From contig NW_021833639.1 in assembly GCF_006345805.1 (NCBI RefSeq), forward strand, positions 1-57,144: a stretch of DNA of 57,144 nucleotides. The letters run 5' to 3'. The notes beneath the pieces were generated by a model, which was given only the letters and a program-made list of their open reading frames with translations, made no database searches and was not told where the DNA came from. A program made the translations under genes and the position numbers. Source of the stretch: Octopus sinensis (lineage: Eukaryota). Shown here piece by piece: positions 1-12,892 of the stretch. Positions within the stretch are counted from its first letter, which is position 1. Each line of letters begins with the position of its first letter.

Positions 1-337
1 TTGTTTTTTTTAGAAATTTGGTAGGATGGTGTGTGTATATGTGTGCCCGTTTGTCAACTGTGTGTGTGATTATCTTGGTGTTGTGTGTGTGTATGTATGT
101 GTGCGGATGGCATTTGGCATGGTGCTGCGTGTGTATATGTGTGTCTGTATGGAGGTAAGAATGGTGTGAGTGTGTGTGTCTTTGTGTGTGTGTATATATA
201 TGTTTATACATGTGCTTGTGTGTGTGTGTATGAATGTGCATGATTGGTATTTGTTATGGCGCTGTGTGTGCGCACGTGTGTGTATATGTGTGTCTGTATG
301 GGGGTCAAAATGATGTGTGTATGTGTGTGTGTGTGTG

Positions 338-389
<52 letters not shown>

Positions 390-730
390 TCTTTGTGTGT
401 GTGGGCCATTTTTGATTGGTCCCAGGGTCCATTGGTGTAAACAGATGTGTGTTTTTAAGATTTGGTAGGAATGTGTGTGTTTATGTGTGCCCGTTTGTGT
501 GTGTTGTGTATGTGTGTGATTAATGTTTGTTAGTGTGTTGCGTGTGCTAGTGTGTGTATGTGTTTGTTCATATGTGTGTCCATGTTTGTCTGGGTGGCGT
601 GTGTGTGTTTATGTGTTTTGTGTGTGTTGGTATTGAGTATGTGTTTGTGTGCGTGCATCTTTGCGTTTGTTTTGGATGTGTGCCTGGGGGGGGGTATGTT
701 AGAGTATGTTTAGTTGTGGTTTGTATTTTT
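1..730. repeat. Degenerate (TG)n/(TA)n microsatellite-rich tract
   Basis: Direct: TG/TA dinucleotide runs; the ORFs here are VC/YI/HT low-complexity artefacts. Confidence 0.95.
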
Positions 731-747
731 GAATAAGATTATTTTCC

Positions 748-1389
748 CTATTTATTTGTGTTTGGTCTGTGGTGTTGTCCGGGCATTGGTATAGTGGGGG
801 AAACTAAGAATTTGGGGGACTTATTGTGTGCACAGAGGTCTAAGTGTCCACTAAGTGGTATCTGTCTTGTGGAGGGGTCCCTCAGTTGTTGGTGGTGAAC
901 TGTCATCCTTTCTCTGAGGGTAAGGCTCGTTTGCCCTATGTAGTCTTCGTGGCACCCTTCACACCTTATGACGTAGAGTAAATTTTTTGATGCGCAGGTG
1001 AAATTATTTTTTATGATGAAGGTGTGTCCTGACTGGAACTTGTACGTTGATCCCTCAATGAGGTGGATGCAAGTCCTGCAGTTGGAACGACCACATTTTT
1101 TGACGGTGGGCAGTGGGTTTGTGTTGTGTAATTTTGCGTTGGTGAGTAGGTTTTTTAGGGATTTAGGTTGTCTCTTACTTTTTATTATTTTATGAGCTGC
1201 AAGTAATTTTCTTAGGCGTGGGTCTTGATTTAGCTGTGGAATGTTGTTGTATATAATAGTGTAAGCTTCTGCATTTCTTGGGTTGTGTGTTGAGAGATAG
1301 GGGAGGCTATTTACTGTACTGTGGATGTGTTTTGGTTTTCGTAAGTCTTGATTGTTAATTGATTTGGCCCATTCTATTCCATTGTCCAC
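748..1389 (-). pseudogene. PLE C-terminal GIY-YIG endonuclease with Cys-rich linker
   Basis: CGRSNCRTC...FTCASKNLLYVIRC..CHEDYIGQT..LRERMTVH motif series. Confidence 0.88.
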
Positions 1390-2966
1390 TAGTGATGCTG
1401 GGTAATGTCTTTCGAGAAAAATTCCCCTAGTTCCTGGAGTCTTCTATTTCGTGTTGTGTCATTTGAAACAATTGTGCAGATTCTTCTCACTAGGTTGAAG
1501 GGGATATTTGTTTTTGTGTGCTTTGGGTGATTGGAGGTGAATAGAAGGTATTGTTTAGAATCAGTGGATTTGTAGTGGATGTCAGTTTCGATGTTGACGC
1601 CTTTTTTAATGATTAGAATGTCCAAAAATGGGAGTTGGTCCTGACTATATTCCATTGTGAATTGGATGTGGTTATTTACACTGTTGATAAGGTTTTTGAA
1701 GTCAATAAGTTGGTCGAGTGTGTGGGACCATAGAATGAGGCAATTATCTAAGTAGCGTTTCCAGTTCTCCAACAGGTATTTGTGGAAAGACTGGCCGTAC
1801 TTATATTTGGATTTTTCAGAAATATGTGATTCCAGGTAAGCCATCACCAGGTTTGCATAGGTAGGGGCAACTTTCGTACCCTTTGCAGTTCCTGAAACCT
1901 GTCTGTATGTGTTATTATTAAAATTCATAAAGTTGTTTTGCAGAATAAATTTGAGGCCCTCAATGATGAATTCTTTTTTTATTCTTTCCGGGATCTCATT
2001 GGGATATTTATCCAGCCAGAATTTAATGGCTTCCAGTCCGTGTGGGATTGTAGTGTAAAGGTTTATTACATCAAAGGAGACGATTAAAGTGTCTTTATTG
2101 GTATGTTTGGGGAGATGATTTAATAGGTCCAGGTCATCTCTTACAATACTTGAAATGTGTTTCAGTATTGGTTTTAGGATGATATCGATAAAGTTGCTAA
2201 GTCTGTGTGTTTCACAGCTAGGGCCTGCCACTATTGGTCTCAGTTTGAGATCAGTGGGATGTGGTATAGTGATGCAGGTTGAAGTGGACTTTTTGCAAGC
2301 TTCTGTGATAATTTCACTCTTGTATATTTTTGGAAGCCCATAGAGCGTGCTGGTTTTGCAATTAAAGTTTGTTATATAGTCACATTCCTTTGCTGTTAAG
2401 TCATTCCGGTGTTGGTAAATGAGTGCCTTCAATTTGGTCATTGGTTTGGATTGCTGGTAGTCGAGTACTCTTTCATAGTAGGTAGTATCCTCTAAAAGGT
2501 GAGATACAGAGTTTTTATATTGCTCAGTATTCATAATAACGACCGTACTACTCTTATCTGCTTCCTTTATTGTGACGTCATGATTATCTCGTAGCGTATA
2601 GATGATTTCTCATTCTCTTTTACTGGTGTTGGGTTTGGGTTTAGGTTGTGGGAGTTCACCATAAGGGAAGTTTGAGATGTAGTCACAAAATTTGTCTAAG
2701 GTTTTGTTTCTGCTTTTTATTGGATTATAGCTGCTTTTGTTACGAACCATTGATTCATCGTTATTAGTTTCTTTGTCAAAAAATTCATCTGTGAGGCGTA
2801 ATTTTCTGCAAAAGTGTGAGATGTCATTCTGTATTTCCCTCAGGTTAGGGTATTGCGGAGTCGGGGTGAATTTTAGTCCTTTTGAAAGAATTTTTATTTG
2901 TGGTGTCGACAGGTTTAGGTTTGAGAGATTCACTATTTTTGGTTTTTCGGGGTTGATATCTACCAT
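1389..2966 (-). pseudogene. PLE reverse transcriptase (split ORFs)
   Basis: IVNLS...LSKGLKFTPTP; LYGLPKIYK; LRPIV; SFDVINLYTTIP; QVSGTAKGTKVAPTYANL; WKRYLDNC (YxDD decayed); LPFLDILI. Confidence 0.92.
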
Positions 2967-2999
2967 CCGGTGTCATGGAAACTGATGTCCCTGCCTAAA

Positions 3000-4420
3000 A
3001 AATGATTCCTGGGGGTTCTTCTATCTGCGGTATTTTGGTGTGTGTGGTTCTTTCCCCCATTGATATGTTGTCTGTTGAAGGGGTTTTGGTTGTTCCAGAG
3101 TCTAGGTTGTTGGTGTGGCCTACTGGAAGAGTTTTGGTTATTCCAGGGTCTGGATTGTTTGTACTGGGTGTAATGTTGGTTCCTTAGAGTGGGTTGGAAA
3201 CCACATTCATGGTTTAGAGGTGAATTCTTATATGTTGGGAGGGAACTCCGAGTTTGGAACGGTTTGGGTTGGGATCTACAATCATAGTTCAGAGGTAGGT
3301 TTCTAAGTGATGGGTAGGATCTCCGATTCCGGAACAGTTCTTGTGTGGGTTGGGGTCTACATTGTCTGGTAAAGTTTTGTCTTGTGTTGGTGGGTGTCTG
3401 GGTTCTTTTGATGGGATTGTTGTGCTGTCTGTAAGTTCTGTTATTGTTCGGTGTTTTGTGATTTGTTTTCTTTGTTTTTGGTGAGGGGTGTGAGTTGAAG
3501 TTAGTATTTTAAAATATGGGTTGCTTGTACGGTGTTCGTTTTTTTCATAATTGGCGAACCAGCTGTTTTTTTCTATTCGTTGGAGGGATGTTAGTTCTTC
3601 ATCCTCGCAGTTTTTTCTCCAGAGTTTGGTGGTTTTATCAAGGAGTGCTCCTTCACAGTGTTTTGAGATTTCAATCTGCATTTCATTGTCAAGGGTTTTG
3701 AATTTTTCTTCACCAGCATTGGCTCTGAGCCACAATAGTTCTATTTCTGTTTTGAATTTTTCGAAAGCTAGTTTCTCCCTGAGGTTTTGTTGATTTTCTG
3801 GTTCATTTTGGATGGGCTTTATTTGCAGTTTTCTGGATGATAGGGGTGGAGTTGAGCCACTTTTCATAAATGTCTGCTTTGTTATTATTTTTTATGAAGT
3901 TCCAGAAAGCAAACTTGTGTGCTTTGAGATTTTTAATCCAGGTGTTGTTAAGAGTGTTTTTAACTGAGAAGCAGTCTTTAGTTTGTTCCTGCTTTGGGAG
4001 TATTGTTGTCTCTATAGATTTGATTAGATTTTGTAAAGTTGGGATGATGTCAGGGGTTTGATTGGCTGTTTAAGCCTCCAGGAGTCCATTTAGGTATAAG
4101 TGCGATTGTTTGACTTTGTTGATTAGGGTTGAAAGTTTTGAGATTTCTTGTAATTCTTTTAGGATATTTTGGTTCATTAAAGTTTCTGCTTGTTGTGACT
4201 TAGGTGATATATTTATTGGAAGGTTTGGAGATGATGTACAGGTATTTTATGTTAGAAGAAATGAGGTACTCAGAAATACGGATGGTTTTATATTTACAGA
4301 TATTTATTTGTATATTACATGATTTATACATCATATAACTTAGATCATGTATTAGCGCTTTCTCCCATTCTAGTGGGGTTTTCAAATCAAACTAAGTTCC
4401 TGTGTTTTGACCATTTTATA
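3000..4420 (-). pseudogene. Long N-terminal/ORF1-like region of the Neptune-type PLE, with Pro/Thr/Asn-rich tail
   Basis: Frameshifted A/C-rich reading frames (e.g. ORF 3289..3867) colinear with and upstream of the RT. Confidence 0.55.
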
Positions 4421-4706
4421 GGGTTATTGAGTGTGTAGTGGTGGGGAGGGATATAAGACAGTACAAGAGGGTGATGGATGGGGAGAGAGAGAGAGAGAGA
4501 GAGAGAGCGTGTGTGTGTGTTTGTATTTGGAAACAGTGTTAAAGAAAAAGAGGGGAATGGAGAGGAAAGAAGAAGAAAAAATTTTTGTTCTGCTGGACAG
4601 GATGTTTACTCCAAGGGGCATCTAAGATCTTGGGGGAAAAGAATTTAAGTGTTGACCATTTCATAGTGTTATTGAGTGTGTAGTGGCAGGGAGGGACATA
4701 AGAAGG
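4403..4706. repeat. Two ~60-bp direct repeats about 245 bp apart, upstream of the PLE
   Basis: ttgaccatttyatagkgttattgagtgtgtagtgg..gggagggayataaga at ~4403-4462 and ~4649-4706. Confidence 0.8.
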
Positions 4707-4887
4707 TAGACCATAAATTATATTTTCTTTTTTATGATTGTGAGAGAGTGTGTGTGTGTGTGTGTCTTTAATGAGGGGTGGGCAAATGGTTTTGGGTTGT
4801 GTATATACATGTGTGTATATATATATATATATATTTATATGTGTATATATATATTTATATATTTATATGTGAATATATATGTATATA

Positions 4888-6175
4888 TATATATCCTTAA
4901 ATCCTTAGAAATGTTTTAGCCCGAAGGCCGCGGCCATGCTGGGGCACCACCGCTGAATGAGCTACACTAGTTTGTGAATCCACCTCTGATACGTGGCACT
5001 TGATCAACAAGGGAGTTCGATGCTGCTGCCCGCATCCGTGTCTCCTGTCTGAGGTAGGTTCATCTGGGACTCCCAACAAGAAAGATCCAGTTTTAGTTTA
5101 AAGAAACCCACATCCACACCATGTAAGTCTCTCAGGCATTTAGGGAGGATGTTAAAGAGCTGTGGTCCTCTGAACCCAAGCTGTTGCAGTATCTGGACCT
5201 GTATTTTGATGTTGATGTTGGAATCCTTGGCACCACGCAGCGGCGCCCCGTTCTGCGGTTGGAGTAACTTTGAATGCCAAAGTTTGGGACAAGACCCTCC
5301 AGGATTTTCCAGATGTATATCACTGCATATCTCTCCCGCCTCCACTCCAGGAGAAGAGGTTTAATACCTTCAGTCATTCCAGTAGCTGACATTTTGCATT
5401 GAGACGATTTTCTTTGTGTAGCTTCTCTGAATTGCTTCGAGTTCTGCTGTTTGTTTTATATTGTGTGGTGACCAAGTTGGGAGCAGTAGTCCAAGCGGCT
5501 GAGGACGAATGTTTTCCATAGGACCATCAGTGTCTCCTTCTCTCTTGTTCTGAAAGTTCGGAGAATCCATCCAGCTAGCCGTCTGCATTTTATCACCAGA
5601 TTAGCAATATCCATTTGGAAAGATGCATCATTGCTCATGTCAATGCCCAGGTCACGCACTGATTTTGACTCAGGGATTGCATTCTTCCTGGGCCAGTGTA
5701 TCCGTCTTCACGTCATTTACCTTTGTGTGCCATTAGCGCAGGGCCTGGAACTTACCTGCATTAAACTGCATGTTGTTGTCCTCAGCCCACCTGTATATTG
5801 TGTCCAGCTCATGTTGAAGATGCGCAATATTTTCAGGGTTTTGTATTGCGTGGGAGACTTTTGTGTCATCTGCATAGCTAGCAAGGGTGGTCATCGTAGC
5901 AACTGAAGGCATGTCTGAAAGGGCCACTATGAACATCAGTGGCCCCAAGACAGTGCCCTGTGGGACACCGCTTGTTATTTGCGTTTCCTTGGAGGTGGCT
6001 CCATTGCTCACAACTGCCTGTTTTCTGTCTTTTAGGAAGTTGTGCAGCCACTCTCCAAGTTTCCCGCCTATGCCGAGACCACGCAGTTTGACAGATCATA
6101 CCATGGTCGACTTTATCAAAGGCTTTTGCAAAGTCGAGATATATTACATCCACATTTGAGCCATTTAGTAGCTGT
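4888..6175 (-). mobile_element. CR1-group LINE, 5'-truncated (copy C, distinct subfamily)
   Basis: [39 protein letters not shown] motifs; 3' motif ggtgccccagcatggccgc plus hairpin and short tandem tail; TA microsatellites on both sides. Confidence 0.9.
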
Positions 6176-6180
6176 TTCGA

Positions 6181-6568
6181 CTATATATATATGTATGTAT
6201 GCATATATATATGTGTGTGTGTATATATATATGTGTGTGTGTGCATATATATATGTATATATATATATGTGTGTGTGTATATATATATATGTGTGTGTAT
6301 ATATATATATGTATATATATATGTGTGTGTGTATATATATGTGTATATATATGTGTATATATATATATACACATATATATATGTGTATGTGTGTGTATAC
6401 ATATATATGTATAATATATATGTGTTTGTGTGTATATATTTATGTATATATATATGTGTATATATATATGTGTGTGTGTATATATATATGTGTATATATA
6501 TATGTGTATATATATATGTGTGTATATATATGTGTGTATATATATATGTGTGTGTTTATATATATATT

Positions 6569-6615
<47 letters not shown>

Positions 6616-6622
6616 GTATATG
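6181..6622. repeat. (TA)n/(TG)n compound microsatellite
   Basis: Direct. Confidence 0.97.
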
Positions 6623-6826
6623 TGATCATGTGACCGACCAGACCATCAGATGTTGTTACACATCGCTGGTCACAATGCGTTCGCATTGTTTTAGCCTTGG
6701 AATGACGCCACCCCGATGGCTAAGCCAGCAGGCCAAGAGAAGAAAGAGTGGTGAAAGAGTACAGCAGGGATCACCATCCCCTACCGGAGCATCTTGGAGC
6801 TTTTAGGTGTTTTCGCTCAATAAACA
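6623..6826. mobile_element. Unclassified ~200-bp GC-richer interspersed repeat (SINE-like body)
   Basis: GC-richer island between TA tracts that resembles an abundant octopod repeat from memory; class not determinable here. Confidence 0.4.
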
Positions 6827-7078
6827 GTATGTATATGTATGTATATATATGTATATGTATCTATATATATATATGTGTATATATATATGTATAATAATTA
6901 TTTGAGGGAATATTAATCCTAACTTACAGGGAAAAATTAAATTTAGAAATACTAAATCAAATTTGACACAATATAATATATATATATATATAGATATATA
7001 ATATATATAGATCATATTATATATAAGAAAAATATGAATTTCTAAATCTATCGTAGAGACATGTACGGTGGGGGGCGA

Positions 7079-7320
7079 TAGAATGGTTGTATACTGTCAA
7101 TCTAACAAGAACGTGACAGTAGGGGGGGGGTACACCACCGTTGTATAGCCTAGGAGGCATCGAATGCCTCCTGACAGCTTTGACACATTTTTTTCCTTAT
7201 ACATAGGAAAAAAATGTGTCGAAGCTGTCAGGAGGCGTTCGATGCCTCCTAGGGCTATGCAACGGTGGTGTACCCCCTACTGTCATGTTCTTGTTAGATT
7301 GACAGTATACAACCATTCTA
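7079..7320. repeat. Foldback palindrome, ~120-bp arms, 7-nt loop, with nested hairpins
   Basis: Arms 7079-7197 and 7205-7320 are reverse complements; nested aggaggcat-cga-atgcctcct hairpin. Confidence 0.95.
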
Positions 7321-7441
7321 TATATATATATATATATATAAATTTAGAAAAAAACACCTTTTATCAATTCAAAATGAACAATTAAATTACACCATCTAGA
7401 AAATTAAATATAATAGAAATATTAAAATTAAAATAACAATG

Positions 7442-10400
7442 TTTATTTATTTTTATTTTATTTATTTTATCTAGTTTCAGCTCACGAGCTGTGCCATTTG
7501 GTGTTGCTACATGATTTTACTTCATAAATGCTTTTTAGCAATTGACATTTGGTGCATGAGAGAGTTCGATGCAGCTGCCCTCATCTGCACCTCTTGCCAT
7601 GAAGTTGGTTCATCTGGGATACCAGTTTTATTTTAAAGACATCTGCATCCACCCCATGCAGGTCTCTCAGGTCCGTCGGGGGGATATTGAAGAGCTGTGG
7701 GCCTTTGAAGCCCAGGCTATAACAGTATCTTGTCCTACATCTTGATGGCAAATTTGGAGTCCTTGGCACTATGCAGTGGCGCCCAGTTCTAGTATTTGTG
7801 TAACTCTCGATGCCAAATTTTGGGACAAGTCCTTCTAGGATCTTCCAGATGTATATTATGGCATATCTTTCTCGCCTACGCTCTAAGGAATAGCGTCTCA
7901 ATCTCTTGAGTCTTTCCCAGTAGCTTATATGCTGCACAGAGGCTATCTTCTTTGTGTAGCTTCGTTGGATCACCTCAAGTTCTGTGATCAGCTTGACACT
8001 GGATGGTGACCATAGCTGAGAGCAATAGTCAAAGTGGCTTAGGACAAGTGTCCTCCAGAGGACCATCATGGTTTCCTGGTCTCTTGTTCTGAAGGTTCTA
8101 AGAATCCATCCGGTCAGCCGCCTACATTTCATTGCCAGTTTAGCAACATGCACATGAAAGGTTGCATCATGTAAACACTCAGGTCTCGCACTGATTGTGC
8201 CTCTGGGATTGCAATCACTCCAGGTCCAGTGTATTTATTGGGTATTGCATTTAGTTTTGCATGCTGATAGCATAAAGCTTGAAACTTTTCAGCATTGAAC
8301 TGCATGCTATTCTTTTCAGCCCACTTGTATATTTTGTCCAGCTCACATTGCAGGTGCATAGTGTCTTCAGGGTTCTGTATTGCCTGTGAAACTTTTGTAT
8401 CATCTGCATAACTTGTGATCGTAGCTCTCTTCGTGGCTGAGGGCATGTCTGAGAGGGCCATTATGAACAGTAGTGGTCCGAAAACAGTGCCTTGCGGAAC
8501 ACCGCTCACTATTTACGTGTTAATGGAAGTGTTAATTGGCTACTACCACCTGGCTTCTATCCTTCAGAAAGTCATGAAGCCATTCTCCCAATTTTCCAAC
8601 TATGCCAAGATCACGCAGTTTGTGACATAGCATTCCATGATCAACTTTATCAAAGGCCTTTGCAAAGTCGAGATATATGACTTCCACATTTGAGTGGTTG
8701 AGCAGTCGTTTCAGCACCCAGTCATAGTGTTGTAGGAGCTGAGTTAGGCAGCTCCTTTCTGGTCGGAAACCATGTTGGGTGTCTGGCAGCAAGTCATTTT
8801 CTTCAAGGAAGGTGATCAGTTTCCTTCTGACTATTTGTTCCATGACCTTGCTGATGTGTGAGGTGAGAGAGATAGGTCTGTAGTTCTTGGCCTCTGCTCT
8901 GCTACCTCCTTTATGAATAAGGGCATATTTTACCTTCCTTCAGTTTTCCTGGAAGTTTGCCAGTTGCAAGGAAGCTCTGAAAGAGGAACTGCAGCGGTCT
9001 TGCTAGGACTCTCTTACATACTTTTACAAGGATTGCTGGGAATCCATCGGGGTCAGTAGCTGAGTTTGTTTTCATTTCATCTATAGCCTTTATTACATCG
9101 TCTTACTTTATATTGGTGTAATCAATCATCGCTGCCTCTGATTTTATACCTGCAGTGGTAAAGAAGTCAGTTGGATTGCTGACTTGAAAATGCCCTAGGG
9201 GTGGAGTGAAAATACTCTTGAATTGCTCATTTAGTATTTCACTTACCCACATTGGATTTCCTGTGAGTGTGCCGTCCTTTTCAAGGAGTGGCCCGATCCT
9301 ACAGTGCACCGTAGCTGTTTCTTTGGCATACCTGTAGAAAGCTCTGGGGTTAGTTTTTATGTTGTCTATAGCCCAGGCTTCTTTGTCTGCTCTTTCTTTT
9401 TCATGGGAGAGTTGCAGACATTTTTCAATTTCCAACAGTTTTATTTTCAGGCGGGACTTTTCACTGCTTTCAATTTGTTTGTTTAGGCGATTTGAAACAT
9501 TTGTACACTGTCTCATAAGAATTTTCCTCTCTCTGGGGATTTTGTTCTTGTGTACAGTGGCCTTTCTCTCTGGGACACATTTGTAGCATATGGCTTGCAT
9601 TACAGACATGAATTGTTGAAGTTATGGAAGTTCAAGCTGGAAAGATTCAGAGAGATTCTTGTAGACTGCATGTCCATACTTTCCTTTGGCCTGTATTTGG
9701 TCAGCTCTACCATGTTGTGATCCGACAGTAGTGTCGGTGTCACTTTCACATTACGGATAAGATCCATATTATTTGTGAAGCAGAGATCCAGTATGTTAGC
9801 TGCCCTGGTTGGTTGGAATATTATTTGCTCCATGTACAGAGTGTTGATGAGGTTCAGGAGGGACCTCGCCTGTCCTCGTTCGCATCGTGTCATTCCTGGG
9901 AGAGAAAGGCCCTCGGGCCATCTGACATTGGGCAGATTGAAGTCTCCCATGAGAAGTACACTTATGTGTTGTTCTAATGTGACTAGAACTTCTTCTATTT
10001 TTATAAGGCAGTCTTCAAACTTGCCCACATGGCTTGGGGCATCTGGAGGGCGATATGTAGCACATATAACTACACCAAGTTGCCTAATATGTACAATTAG
10101 TGTGTCACACACCGAATTTGAGTATGACAAAAGGACCTGGGGTGTGAGGTCCTTGCGGATGTACATAGCAACTCCTGCATGACGCCTTTCTTTTCTGTCG
10201 GTCCATAGTACAACATATTGCGGTATGTGTAATTCTGCATCTGCTATGTCCGGTTTCAGGTGTGCTTCCGTAAGTGCTATGCAGAAGGCTTGATTGCATG
10301 CAACAAGGTCTCTCAAGAAAGGGATTTTTGTCCTGTTCCTGAGTGTTAGCAGTTCTCTGATGTTCAGTTGGAGCATCGAGGTGATGTGTGTGCTGTTGCC

Positions 10401-11270
10401 GGTGGTGTCCTCCTCGGGTCTAGTTGTTGTAGTGGTCTTGTGTATTGTGGATAATCCCATCTGCGAGTTTGAGTTTGATGGAGATAGGTTAGCTGCTGTA
10501 CAACTTTTTGTACCATGCACAAAAAAGATTCTTGTTCAGCAGCTGCCCTTTCAACAACATGTTGATGGTTTGTAGCATGCACTACATCTGCGTACCTCCG
10601 TTTTGTGGCAGGTGGCGCATAGTCCATTCCTTTTCCTTTCGGTTGTTGGTTTTTGCCCTGTTTCATGTTTATGTGGCAGGGTCTTTGGTGTGCAAAACGG
10701 CTGCCTGCACCTTCCTCTCCATGCCAGCAGACACCTTTCAGATAGAGGTTACACATTCGTTTGCGCTGTCTCTTATTATCCTTTTTGGTATATGGATAGT
10801 CAGGTTTGCTTCTATCGTTGGCTGTTTCATCTTTTGGTTTTGTTTGAGTTTTTCCTCCTTTTACTTCGTTTTTGGCTCTTTCATCTCCATGGTTTTGGCT
10901 TTGTGTGCTGGTTGGGGTACTTCCACTTGGGTTTACTTCCCGGGCAGGTTTCTCACTTGAATCTTCTTTGTTGTCTTGGGTGTCTACCAAGTGGGGGTGA
11001 CATCTTTCATCAGCACCCGTGCCTCCATCCTTGCCATCTTTACTTTGTTCGTTGTCAAAGATGGCACCAAGCGTGCCGATGTGGGATCTTATGAGTGCAT
11101 AGGAGCATGTAAACTCCTGATTCTTTCACTCTAGCTGTGCTAACGTCCTTGTGTATCTATTGCTCTGCAGCGCAGCTGTAATTATATTGTTCGGATTATC
11201 TCTGTTGCCAGATTGCCAGGCTCTCAGGACTAATGCCAATTCTCTGCTCCTCCAGGTTCTGGACATTTTG
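7442..11270 (-). mobile_element. CR1-group LINE, near full length, decayed (copy A)
   Basis: ORF1 with CCCH-like finger (10364..10990 and upstream), APE (9600..10520: TEAHLK, GDFNLP, LSDHN), RT (YADD, DFAKAFD), 3' hairpin cagctcgtgagctg plus A-rich tail. Confidence 0.93.
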
Positions 11271-11299
11271 GATATTTTATTTATCTATCTAATTATATT

Positions 11300-11847
11300 T
11301 AAAATTTAATAGTGTGATAGAGGGTAGAGAAGAAATAGAGAAAGAAGGTGTCTATGTATATAGAGAGATTGAGAGCTGAGAAAAGATGAGAAGAGAGTAA
11401 GAGAGAGTGAGAGGAGAAAGTTTGCGTCTATATATTTAGAAAGATTGAGAGGCTGAGAGAGGAAAGATAGTGTGACAGAGAGAAGTGGAGAAGTGAAGAG
11501 ACAGAGAAAGAGGCATGAGGGAGAGAAGTGAAGAGACAGAGAGAAAGAAATGAAAGAGAGGAGGTTATGCAACAAATATGTATCTATCTGCAGGTATGAA
11601 AGTTCTCTTCTAAGCTAATTATAAATATCTATGTATCCGCAACTACGAGAGAAGTGAAGGAGAGAAATGAAGAAACAGAGAGAGAGAGAGAGAAATGAAA
11701 GAGAGGAGGTTGTGTAAGAAATAAATATATATCTATTTGCAGCTACGAAAGTTTTACGAGAGTTTTCTTCTGAACTAATTATGAATATATTTCTAATGTT
11801 CGCGTCTATATATTTAGGAAGATTGAGAGGCTGAGGAAAAATAAAGA

Positions 11848-11900
<53 letters not shown>

Positions 11901-12480
11901 TATATAAATAAAGCAACAAATAAATATATACCTATCTAAAGTTGAATAATTATAAAGAGATATAGTGAGAAATTGACAAAAACGATGCTGAAACAGAAAT
12001 TGAAAGATTATTAACGGAATGTAAATTATAAATATATACCTATCCATAGCTACGAAAGTATTCTTCTAAACTAATTGTGACTATACTTCTAATGTTCGCA
12101 TCTATATATTTAGGAAGATTGAGGGGCTGAGTAAATATATATCATCATCATCATCATCGTCGTTTAACGTCCGTTCTCCATGCTAGCATGGGTTGGACGG
12201 TTCGACCGGGGATCTGGGAAGCCAGAAGGCTGCACCAGGCTCCAGTCTTATCTGGCAGTGTTTCTACAGCTGGATGCCCTTCCTAACGCCAACTAGCCCT
12301 TCCTAACGCCAACTAGCTCTTCCTAACGCCAACTACCCTTCCTAACGCCATATATACATATGAATAAAGCAACAAATAAATATATGCCTATCTAAAATTG
12401 AATAATTTTAAAGAGCTGTAGCAAGTTAAAGATGTGTACGGGTAAATCAGAAAAGAAAGAGACAAAGAAAAAAATTAGAG
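11300..12480. repeat. GA-rich complex tandem repeat (units of roughly 290-380 bp)
   Basis: gcgtctatatatttagraagattgagrggctgag recurs at ~11424, ~11803 and ~12093; aataaagcaacaaataaatatat recurs at ~11907 and ~12363. Confidence 0.75.
12143..12350 (-). mobile_element. RTE LINE 3'-UTR fragment with (GAT)n tail and 4x 20-bp stutter
   Basis: Matches the 3' ends of the RTE copies at 50362 and 53984; cccttcctaacgccaactag x4 at 12277-12350. Confidence 0.88.
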
Positions 12481-12640
12481 AAGGGATAAGAACAAAAATA
12501 AAAATAGGGGACATTAAATTGAGCACCAGCTAGAATGAATGGAGATTAGGGAATTATAATGGGCAAAAAAAGGTAGACATGAAAGTAAAAAAACCTGAAA
12601 GTAAAAAATCATGAAAGTAAGAAAGTATAATAGAATGTAT

Positions 12641-12704
<64 letters not shown>

Positions 12705-12834
12705 CTATATTGTATAGAGGGCATTATTACACATAAATGCCTCACACTAAGAGGGACAAAGTCATTACTACCAAAATTATACTAATCATACCTAAATGCA
12801 GTTTTTCAAAGCAAGACATTTAAAAAATGAATTT

Positions 12835-12892
12835 AGTTCTGTATCACCGTGATTTCACATTCAACTTACGTCTTATGATCATCAGCAGAACT
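12835..12892 (-). ncRNA. Type I hammerhead ribozyme motif (family 1, minus copy)
   Basis: Exact reverse complement of the motif at 13155-13212. Confidence 0.75.

Larger units (their letters stand above)
735..4420 (-). mobile_element. Penelope-like retroelement (Neptune-type), decayed, near full length
   Basis: Minus-strand ORF pieces in the order N-terminal region, RT, Cys-rich linker plus GIY-YIG; several frameshifts and stops. Boundaries approximate. Confidence 0.9.

Noticed and set aside
6042-6806. Many long ORFs rich in YI/VC/HT (also near 70-736, 16607-17129, 40323-40882, 47460-47980)
   Set aside because: Translations of microsatellites.
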